Virus record (IMG/VR): IMGVR_UViG_3300010340_000454
Span: 1-64,000 of that record
DNA from: a virus
Lineage: Duplodnaviria; Caudoviricetes
DNA: 64,000 nucleotides
Reading direction: 5' to 3' (one strand)
Shown here: positions 56,589 to 64,000 of the stretch, in pieces
Layout: each line of letters begins with the position of its first letter
Position numbering within the stretch: position 1 is the stretch's first letter
Notes under the pieces: model-generated
What the model was told of the DNA's origin: nothing
The model's input: the letters and a program-made list of their open reading frames with translations, nothing else
The model's database searches: none
Position numbers and translations under genes: made by a program

Positions 56589-59282
56589 ATGATTTTCTAC
56601 ACAACTGACATAGGTATTCAAGCAGCAATTGATTTTGGCACGGGAGGGCCTGCTGTAAATTTAACGCATTTTCGAGTAGGTGCCGACTACGGATATGCGT
56701 TGCCCGCACCCGTACTACCTAGTAATACTCCTAACGGAACTTCAACTACTTCCATTAGCCCACCCGGCCTAGGTTTAGCAGGCGAGCTACCTATAATTGG
56801 GTATCGCGAAGTTGCTCCTGACACCGTAGAATATACGCTACGCATGGATGCAAACATAGGTACGTTTGACTTTGGCAATATTGGAATATATATGAGTACA
56901 GGCCAGCTATTCGCTATAGCTGTATTAGACGCTCCTGTACGCAAAGAAATTTTTGGCCCAGGTACCGCAGGTAACGTTGTAGAATTTGTTGTTCGCTTGG
57001 TGTTTGGCGGAGCTACTGTAACTATTGATTACGTAATTAACCCTGTTGTTAACGCTAACCTGCTAGAAGTTTCTTCTGTGGATCTTCTTACTACGCCTAC
57101 CCTAGCAGACTCGAACGCGTACTCGGTTAAAGGCTCTCTAGTTAACCCGATAGGCTTGACTGATAACTCTAACGCTTTTATAGCTTACAGCAAGGATAAC
57201 ACCTTCTGGAACTTTACCGAATACTCTAAGGTAATGTACACTGGTACTGTTACTACTTCTACCATTACGTCCCTGTCTGACTCCTCATTACCTGCGCTCC
57301 CTTGGGTTGCGGGGCGCTACCTAGTACAATTCACCTCTGGGGCGCACGCAGGCATTGTACGCGCAGTTACCGCAAGTCCAGCAGGAAGCTTAACTTGGCA
57401 TACGTCGACGGGTAGTCCTGTTGCAGCAGGCACTTCTTACGTGGTGTTGTGCTCCGATTACTTTGCTCGTAGCCTAGAAACATACCCAGAAGTAAACGAT
57501 TTGGCATTATTGCCTGTTGCTGAGGCCACTGCATCCAGAACCTATAGACTTACAAGGAATGAAGGCTTAGCTTCTAGCGGTGTAAATAGCTATTTGGTAT
57601 CTGCTGCTAAACTAAACTACGACAGTAAAGCCTATCAAAATAACGAGTGGATTCCTACCTCGCATAGCCTAGTTTGGTCCGCGAACGCTTTAAAGGTGCA
57701 GTCTGCTTCTGGTGGTGGGTTTACCTCCGATACTACTCATGTAGTTGTAGCACTACCCGTAACTACCCCACTGGCTTCTGCCTCTATACCATCTCCATAT
57801 AATAGCCTAGTTATAAGTTTTTTTGAATCAGGCGACAGCAACCAAGGCCTAATTCGTAACGTTACCAATGTATCTTCTAATGTGTCAGGCGGCACAGAAT
57901 ACGTAGAGTTTACTTTGAGCCAGCCTATACCAAACACACCTGGCGTTGGGGCTAGGTTTAAGTTGTGGTCACCTTCAGGTATAGGCGGGGGCGGATCTGG
58001 TGGAGGCGGTAGCGGTACAGGACAGAACGATTTTCACGAAGGGACTGCTACTGATTCCGGCGATGGTTTCCAATACATAATCGGTACAGGTACAGTCAGT
58101 GCCGCTAGCTGCCTTATGTTTGCCTCACCTGGCTACATACCAGAATCGTTATACACAGTAACAGGCACCAATCAAATCACACTTAGCGCAGGTAACGGTC
58201 TTCCGGTAGGCACTAAATACCAGTTTGTAGAACGCACTATATACGGAATACCTGGAGGTAATAGCAATCAGGTATTAGCAAAGCTCAGTAACGCTGACTA
58301 TGACTACGGTTGGGTTACATTAGCCCAGTCTACGCCTATGACTCAAGTTATACTCCGTTATCAAGGATCTTCTACTACGTTAAGGATGTTTCCAGTCCTA
58401 GGTGGTCAGATAGTTATTAACGGTACCGCATACCCTGTACCAGCATCCGTATCCTTAAACATTAGCGCCATGCCTATCAATGAACTTAGACTCGTTTACG
58501 CTTACTGGACAGGAACTAACCTCGCGTTAGAAATTTCTACCACGGACTACGCGATAGGTCCATTTAATACTATTAAGGCAGGTGATCCTACCAGAACCCT
58601 AGTGGGATTAGTAATTAAAACAGGCGCTACTACTGGAGCTACTCGCTCTTACTGGTGGGATAATTTAAACCAGTACAGTGGTTCAACTCTTCTTGACAGA
58701 AGGCCTTATAATAGAAGCTGGCTAACCGCACATCAGAATTGTTTGGTTACTGGAACAAACTCTGACGCTAACCTTGCGAATGGTGCTGCTCAAGTACCTA
58801 ACTTTGCAATGCTGCCTGTACTTCTATTTAAGAACGAACCCTTTAGAGTTAAGACCCGTATGCTATTTGGGTATGGCACTTACTCTGGAGGCGGTTATTT
58901 CGGTCGTATGGGAGTCGTTGACGCCTTACAGTCTAATCTTCTAGCTAGCTGGGCCTACGGAGACTCTGCAGGGGCAGGAGATGATAGGTTACCTAATGTT
59001 TACGTAAACGAAAGCTTCACCTATGATACGGGATCCTCTTTTAGTCAAGCTATGCTGTTAAGGCTTCACGCCTTTGCCTCGTCAGACCCTGACTCAGGAA
59101 ATAGAAGTATCATGTTTGCCACTGCGGACTATGGGTATCCGTTTTCACCAATGTCTGCGGGCTCCACCGTTGGGGCAGGCAGCTACGTAACACGTAGCCT
59201 TAATTCAAACCTGATGTTGGATTACTACACACAGATCCAGATAGAATATATAGGCTTCCCTAATTATTCGCACAACTTGTAA
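56589..59282 (+). CDS. Tail fibre protein (baseplate-attachment N-terminus)
   Basis: T..G..A....G...IGTFDFGNIGIY...GQLFA N-terminus; Gly linker; GG...QVL.K.S..DYD..W motif. Confidence 0.75.
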   Translation: MIFYTTDIGIQAAIDFGTGGPAVNLTHFRVGADYGYALPAPVLPSNTPNGTSTTSISPPGLGLAGELPIIGYREVAPDTVEYTLRMDANIGTFDFGNIGIYMSTGQLFAIAVLDAPVRKEIFGPGTAGNVVEFVVRLVFGGATVTIDYVINPVVNANLLEVSSVDLLTTPTLADSNAYSVKGSLVNPIGLTDNSNAFIAYSKDNTFWNFTEYSKVMYTGTVTTSTITSLSDSSLPALPWVAGRYLVQFTSGAHAGIVRAVTASPAGSLTWHTSTGSPVAAGTSYVVLCSDYFARSLETYPEVNDLALLPVAEATASRTYRLTRNEGLASSGVNSYLVSAAKLNYDSKAYQNNEWIPTSHSLVWSANALKVQSASGGGFTSDTTHVVVALPVTTPLASASIPSPYNSLVISFFESGDSNQGLIRNVTNVSSNVSGGTEYVEFTLSQPIPNTPGVGARFKLWSPSGIGGGGSGGGGSGTGQNDFHEGTATDSGDGFQYIIGTGTVSAASCLMFASPGYIPESLYTVTGTNQITLSAGNGLPVGTKYQFVERTIYGIPGGNSNQVLAKLSNADYDYGWVTLAQSTPMTQVILRYQGSSTTLRMFPVLGGQIVINGTAYPVPASVSLNISAMPINELRLVYAYWTGTNLALEISTTDYAIGPFNTIKAGDPTRTLVGLVIKTGATTGATRSYWWDNLNQYSGSTLLDRRPYNRSWLTAHQNCLVTGTNSDANLANGAAQVPNFAMLPVLLFKNEPFRVKTRMLFGYGTYSGGGYFGRMGVVDALQSNLLASWAYGDSAGAGDDRLPNVYVNESFTYDTGSSFSQAMLLRLHAFASSDPDSGNRSIMFATADYGYPFSPMSAGSTVGAGSYVTRSLNSNLMLDYYTQIQIEYIGFPNYSHNL

Positions 59283-59294
59283 TAGGAGATTATT

Positions 59295-60125
59295 ATGTTC
59301 CAACGACTGATTAAACTTATGGGAGGAGTGCCTACTCCATCTGCGTCAGGAAGGGTACTTCGCAGTTCTGGGACAGGTGGCGAGGACTACACGTGGAGTG
59401 ACCTAGATGCAGCAGACGTTAAGACAGGCACATTTGATATTGCTAGGATTCCTATTGCAGCTTTAGAGCGTTTGGTTGTAGTAGCAGACCAACCAGCTAG
59501 ATACGCCCTTACTACTGCATCCGTACAAAATGGTGATACGGTACTTCAAGTATCTCCTAATAACGAAATGTACTTCGTTGCAGATGACACCAACCTAGGC
59601 AATTCTGCTGGTTACCAAATGTATAATGCTACCGCAGTATGGTCTTCTGTACTTAATAAGCCTGTGCCTATAACAGATATTGCCGCAATCACGTCGCCTT
59701 CCGCGGACGATGTTATTCAGTATGTTGGTGGAGTGTGGACCAAACGAAGTATTTCCCAATTAAAAACTTCGTTAGCACTTAACCAAGTTGACATTGCCTT
59801 AGGTACTACAACAGTGTCTAGCGTATCTGGTGTGGTTACAATAGATACCGCAGCCTTAACCAATCATTATCAACTTACGCTTACAGAAAACGTTACGTCT
59901 TGGGTGTTTAACAATTTACCTAGTGCAGGTTACTACAGGGATATTTACGTTCATGTAATTCAGGGACCGGCTACGGATAGAACGGTAGTAAGTCCAGCAA
60001 CAGCAGGTAGAACAGCAGGGGGTGCCTGGGTAGTTAGTGCTACATTGTCCTCTAGAGAAACTCTCCGCCTTCGTATCTTTTCAGATGGTACTGTGCACCT
60101 ATTTCCTAGTGGGGTGATGGGATGA
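59295..60125 (+). CDS. Distal fibre/adaptor protein
   Basis: GTFDIARIP..ALERLVVV.D..AR..LT...VQNGD; C-terminal domain shared with 34730. Confidence 0.7.
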   Translation: MFQRLIKLMGGVPTPSASGRVLRSSGTGGEDYTWSDLDAADVKTGTFDIARIPIAALERLVVVADQPARYALTTASVQNGDTVLQVSPNNEMYFVADDTNLGNSAGYQMYNATAVWSSVLNKPVPITDIAAITSPSADDVIQYVGGVWTKRSISQLKTSLALNQVDIALGTTTVSSVSGVVTIDTAALTNHYQLTLTENVTSWVFNNLPSAGYYRDIYVHVIQGPATDRTVVSPATAGRTAGGAWVVSATLSSRETLRLRIFSDGTVHLFPSGVMG

Positions 60126-60341
60126 GTATGATGAACATACTAGGGGCTTCCGAAGCCTTCATGGGGTATGCTAGAGAACTTATTTAATTCCTAGTCCTAC
60201 TTCACCTTTCTTAGTGTTAACAACATAAAATTTAATCGAATGCGGGATCATGTACAACCTAATGGGAACCTAGTGTTGGAGCACCCCGGTAACCTAAATA
60301 ACCATAAAGTATGGGCAGACTTTTCCTTTTCTATTACCTAA
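60122..60341 (+). pseudogene. Possible decayed partner gene
   Basis: ATGA-coupled MSMMNILGA... stops after 21 codons; a second frame (60195-60341) ends ...WADFSFSIT* next to the following RBS. Confidence 0.3.
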
Positions 60342-60351
60342 GAGGTGCTGT

Positions 60352-60768
60352 ATGCAGGAGTTATCTGCAACAAAAACGAAAGATGAAATGTACCAGTACC
60401 TTAGAGATTCTTGGAGATTTCAAGTTCAACAAGGTAAAAAGTATGGAAGATTTCCTCAAATTAAGCCATCTAAAATCTATGTAGCCTTATTTGGAGCTTT
60501 GCCTTATTCTAAGGAAAATAAGGCATTACTGAAACAACTAGACTCGGAATTTGACTCCAAGCACGCGGAAGATTATCAGTTTGTTTTTAAATATAAAAGC
60601 GGAACTTACAGCGTACTAATTACTAACGTTTCCAACTACGAGGAAGCATTAAAGAAGGCGCTAGGTGCTTTGGTAAAAAAGTCTAACTTAGGTATACCCT
60701 CGTATCCACTAGCTAAACACCTAATGAATACGGGCGAACTAACTATGGATTTTACTAACATACAGTGA
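60352..60768 (+). CDS. Hypothetical protein (MQELSA N-terminus)
   Basis: GAGG RBS. Confidence 0.7.
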   Translation: MQELSATKTKDEMYQYLRDSWRFQVQQGKKYGRFPQIKPSKIYVALFGALPYSKENKALLKQLDSEFDSKHAEDYQFVFKYKSGTYSVLITNVSNYEEALKKALGALVKKSNLGIPSYPLAKHLMNTGELTMDFTNIQ

Positions 60769-60778
60769 CTAACTACCT

Positions 60779-60803
60779 AAAGGCTCCTTAATGGGGCCTT
60801 TGT
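60779..60803 (+). terminator. Rho-independent terminator
   Basis: AAAGGCTCC-TTAAT-GGGGCCTTT. Confidence 0.6.
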
Positions 60804-60839
60804 CATTTGGAGACCTTAACTCTATTTAGGTACTTTTCA

Positions 60840-60849
60840 CTAATTTAAT
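60840..60849 (+). promoter_or_regulatory. Putative late promoter CTAATTTAAT
   Basis: After a terminator, upstream of 60891. Confidence 0.65.
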
Positions 60850-60890
60850 AATAGCAATATACACTTGCAATTAACAAGAGGTTAACTCAA

Positions 60891-62180
60891 ATGGCTATCA
60901 AGAGTGTCCGTATTATAAATAGGTTGAGAGAGTTAGTTAACTCTTCCACAACGGACGTTGCCAACTTTAATTTCCGTTCCTTAGAAGAAGTGCAGCAATT
61001 CCTTAGAGGTGTGTCCGATAAAGCCAAAGACTATACCAAGCAATTAAATGACTTGGAAAAAGGCTTTGAGGAAGCCGCCATAAGAGGCGCCATATTTACA
61101 GTAGCCCCAAGGGCTAAAAGAGAACAATACAAACCGGGCAGCGTAAAGAAGGAAAAGCCCAACTTCGTCTTTGACGTTAAGAAGCTAGAAAAGGCTTTCA
61201 GTGTTGTCGATGAAATCCACGACAAAGTTGAAGCAATGGATGCTGTCATCAATAACTTGGCGCTAAACTTTAAAGGCGTTACAGGTTCCGCTAAGCTTAT
61301 ATCTGACGCCAAGAAAGTACGCGCCACATTGCAGGGTCAGTTAGATAAGGCGTATCGGTTCTTAACCGAAACTGCTACCAAGAACGAGCCTGAAAAGTTT
61401 TCTAAGATCGTTACAACTATCTTGGATGACATTCTTAAAACGTTTAGTGAAGACTACGAAAAATACAAGCAGACGGTTTACGTGGTACCTGCCGTTCGTA
61501 ACGGCGTTGACATGGTATTGTTTTCTAGGTATGTGGAATTTATCAATTTCACTAACGATGACGGTACTGTATACCCTAAGGTTTACTTAGTGTTCAATTG
61601 CTTGCTAGACGAGTTTGGAAATCAGACCTATAGCGTTAATTCCTTCCGTGAGTTCTCTCCTCCAGGTAAAGCCACTAGAGGCGCAGAATTTACTAACGCA
61701 GAATCTGGACGAGTTAAGGCTTACATAGAATTAGAACACCACAACTTTGCTACTATGATTGAACGTGTTCCTGTTCCAGCGGAAGGCCATGAACTGAAAG
61801 CCATAAACTGGGGCGTTCCCAAAGACTGGATTAAGTCTGTAAAAGTTGAGGACAATGTTATTGACTTCGCCTTTACGCAGAAGGTTACTTCCGCTAATAA
61901 AGACAAAGCTATTGCACAGGTAATGCTTGATCTAAAGACTTTCTTTTCTTCTCGCATTAAAGCAAGTATCGCCCCTAAGCCTTACAAAATAGGAAAGAAT
62001 TTCGGTGCAGAATTTATACTCACTCTGCCTGACAACAATGCTGTGAAACGTCAGATGCGTGCCGACGCACACTCCCTCCAGTACTTGCAAAACAAGTTAG
62101 GTTTGAGTGATAAACAAGCAGTAGGCCTAGTTAAATACCTCAACCAGCTGGCGGAAGACGAAGGAGGTCACCTGAAATGA
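60891..62180 (+). CDS. Hypothetical virion (possible internal head) protein
   Basis: 429 aa; late-motif promoter; EEAA candidate cleavage site. Confidence 0.75.
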   Translation: MAIKSVRIINRLRELVNSSTTDVANFNFRSLEEVQQFLRGVSDKAKDYTKQLNDLEKGFEEAAIRGAIFTVAPRAKREQYKPGSVKKEKPNFVFDVKKLEKAFSVVDEIHDKVEAMDAVINNLALNFKGVTGSAKLISDAKKVRATLQGQLDKAYRFLTETATKNEPEKFSKIVTTILDDILKTFSEDYEKYKQTVYVVPAVRNGVDMVLFSRYVEFINFTNDDGTVYPKVYLVFNCLLDEFGNQTYSVNSFREFSPPGKATRGAEFTNAESGRVKAYIELEHHNFATMIERVPVPAEGHELKAINWGVPKDWIKSVKVEDNVIDFAFTQKVTSANKDKAIAQVMLDLKTFFSSRIKASIAPKPYKIGKNFGAEFILTLPDNNAVKRQMRADAHSLQYLQNKLGLSDKQAVGLVKYLNQLAEDEGGHLK

Positions 62181-62533
62181 GAACCCTTAAGACAAAAGAA
62201 ACTGCCGCGTCCAGCATCGTTGGTCTGGTTGTAGGTTTGTGTAAAAAGAACAAGCTGGCAGTTAAGGCAGTTAGTCCTGCACTCGACGCACAAGACGAAG
62301 CCGTAACATTGATAGATATAGTGGTGAACGACAAACTTATGCTTGAAAGTGGATCCTACTTTCTTCCTATGCCTTTAGTCGTTGCCTTGAATAAGCTATC
62401 TTTTTCTACGAAAAAATTTATGTACACCACAGGGCACAACCCAAAAAATCCTCGCATTTTAACACTACTCGTTAATGAAGTTAGCAACACCATGGCACCT
62501 TATAAGGTAAATACAAACCAAGCAAACGTGTAA
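62177..62533 (+). CDS. Hypothetical protein (KETAA N-terminus)
   Basis: ATGA-coupled, AGGAGG RBS. Confidence 0.7.
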   Translation: MRTLKTKETAASSIVGLVVGLCKKNKLAVKAVSPALDAQDEAVTLIDIVVNDKLMLESGSYFLPMPLVVALNKLSFSTKKFMYTTGHNPKNPRILTLLVNEVSNTMAPYKVNTNQANV

Positions 62534-62556
62534 ATACACACACCCCGGAGTTTAAA

Positions 62557-63390
62557 ATGAAAAACGGTATTGATTTTAACAAAATGGCTGCTCGCGTTAA
62601 GAAGGCTACTGGCGCTGAGACTTTCGCAAAGCTTCACGACTTCGCTCCTGTGACTGCCTCAGTTGATGGCGTTACTCCTAGCGTTTTCAAGGTTGTGGTG
62701 ACTTTCTCGAAAGAGGCCAACAAGCAAGCTCTTCACCGCGCCGTTGCCGCTGCTACGCAGAACAAAGTTGCACCTGTCGAGGCTTCTTTCCGTCCTATCC
62801 CTGGCACCAAAGCTTTCGTCGGTTTTGTCGCCCGCAACGCCGAAGTCCGCGATTATGAAACGGCTGCTGTGGAAGGCATGAAAGTGATGGCTTCTAACCT
62901 GCTGATGGATGAGTCTGACAAGTCTCTGTGGGAAGTACGTTCTAATGGTGACGCCAAGTTCCTTACTCGTCATGCAGAAGATGACCTGAACGAACTGGTT
63001 GCGCTGGCTAACGTGCGTCTTGACAACCGTACTTTCGGTGTTCCTGTTCTGTCTAGCCTCGGTACCCCTGAAGCTGTTGTCAATGAAGCTGTGGTTTTCG
63101 TTAACCCGGAAACCGCGTGTGTCCAGCACGCAATCATTATCGCTGCCTGCGACGGTGAAATCGAAGCCATTGACATGGACTCTATGGAGCGTGTTAAGGT
63201 AGACCCTGAAACCGTTGTGGAAATGGCGTCGTTTGACGCTAAGGAAGTGGTTGCAGCTTTCCCCGAAGTCGCTGCCCCGGAGAACTTCAACGCTCCTACT
63301 ATGGAAGCCTACTACAAGCAGGTTTTTGGGTACGATGCTGCATATTGGGCAGAGTTCAAGAAAATCCTGGATAGCCGTGCAACCATCTAA
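62557..63390 (+). CDS. Abundant virion/prohead core-like protein
   Basis: Capsid-gene-like codon bias; many ExA/VxA motifs. Confidence 0.7.
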   Translation: MKNGIDFNKMAARVKKATGAETFAKLHDFAPVTASVDGVTPSVFKVVVTFSKEANKQALHRAVAAATQNKVAPVEASFRPIPGTKAFVGFVARNAEVRDYETAAVEGMKVMASNLLMDESDKSLWEVRSNGDAKFLTRHAEDDLNELVALANVRLDNRTFGVPVLSSLGTPEAVVNEAVVFVNPETACVQHAIIIAACDGEIEAIDMDSMERVKVDPETVVEMASFDAKEVVAAFPEVAAPENFNAPTMEAYYKQVFGYDAAYWAEFKKILDSRATI

Positions 63391-63400
63391 GTGAAACACG

Positions 63401-63429
63401 AGGAAAGGCTGCTTTTGTGGCCTTTCCTT
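63401..63429 (+). terminator. Hairpin terminator
   Basis: AGGAAAGGCTGC-TTTT-GTGGCCTTTCCT. Confidence 0.65.
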
Positions 63430-63453
63430 ACTTGTATCTGACAGGAGGTAAGC

Positions 63454-64000
63454 ATGGCAGGTTTTCTGAATAGCTTTAGCCCTATTGTTGCAGGTAGCTC
63501 AGGAACTACTGCAATTCAGTTTATACTGCCACCCGGCACGGATGCGTCCTTAGGCAGTATTACTTACAAGCTTCAAGACCCTGACGGTATTGTCTACGCA
63601 TCAGGTAACGCTATAGGGTATAGTGTGACTGCTGCTCCTAATGCTGTACAGGTTAACGGAACTATTGTGTTAGCTATTCCAGATAGCATACCAACTAACA
63701 CAGTAGGGACCGCTTACCAAGTCTCCATGACGCTAACACTACCTGGCCAGAACTCGGTTATGCAGAATGCCTTGGTTACGGTTCTGCCCAACACTATGGT
63801 TGCAACAGGTGCGTCCGATACTGTAATTATTCAAGGCAACTTGTCGGAACTAGAGTTAGTACTACCTAATGTAGAGGCTTACGTTACAGCAAACTTCTAC
63901 CGGGACAACGACATAATTAACCCTACGCCCCCGACAGTCACAGGGCCTGTAGCAACTTCTGACGGGTATAGGTACACCATCAGTGTTAACACTTCCCAGA
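63454..64000 (+). CDS. Virion structural protein, truncated by window end
   Basis: AGGAGG RBS; MAGFLNSFSPIVAG... appears open to the window end; beta-rich (Ig-like). Confidence 0.7.
   Translation, partial: MAGFLNSFSPIVAGSSGTTAIQFILPPGTDASLGSITYKLQDPDGIVYASGNAIGYSVTAAPNAVQVNGTIVLAIPDSIPTNTVGTAYQVSMTLTLPGQNSVMQNALVTVLPNTMVATGASDTVIIQGNLSELELVLPNVEAYVTANFYRDNDIINPTPPTVTGPVATSDGYRYTISVNTSQ

Noticed and set aside
62659-63399. 246-aa minus-strand ORF
   Set aside because: Antisense to a codon-biased structural gene.
1-64000. Stop-codon reassignment, tRNA genes, introns/inteins, integrase
   Set aside because: Genes are full length in the standard code with TAA, TAG and TGA all used as stops. I saw no cloverleaf, and topoisomerase and helicase motifs appear uninterrupted. 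This was by eye only; tRNAscan/Infernal were not run.

Overview
A 64-kb segment of a large (jumbo-type) contractile-tailed dsDNA phage. The spanins imply a Gram-negative host. From memory the gene content and order resemble phiRSL1/Lu11/PaBG-type myoviruses, which I have not verified by search. The left arm (1-20.1 kb, mostly minus strand) carries a late operon: neck protein, TM/coiled-coil protein, stand-alone tandem-PAS protein, i-/o-spanins, head fibre and an ART-like protein. It also carries RuvC, a sigma-like factor, an HNH-RHH protein, two histone H1-like proteins, a degenerate Acb1/57B-like 2H protein, type IIA topoisomerase subunits and an SF2 helicase beside a structured, AT-rich putative origin (20.1-20.85 kb). 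The right arm (20.9-64 kb, plus strand) is the morphogenesis cluster: scaffold, capsid proteins, modular fibre paralogs, GH19 endolysin and holin, sheath, tube, chaperone, SLT tape-measure protein, baseplate, PAAR and tail fibres. Three promoter classes can be read directly: sigma70, CTGTAAAGTR and (A)CTAATTTHAT(A). The most notable candidates are (1) a NifL-type flavin-PAS sensor with no output domain inside the spanin/lysis operon, (2) an H-type pseudoknot leader before a histone-like gene, (3) a +1 frameshift (UUU-CCC-G) in the tail chaperone, (4) a catalytically degenerate Acb1 homolog and (5) an unannotated ART-like ORF at the left edge. I saw no tRNA, rRNA, CRISPR array, integrase or reverse transcriptase. 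Product names come from motif recognition and synteny, not database searches.
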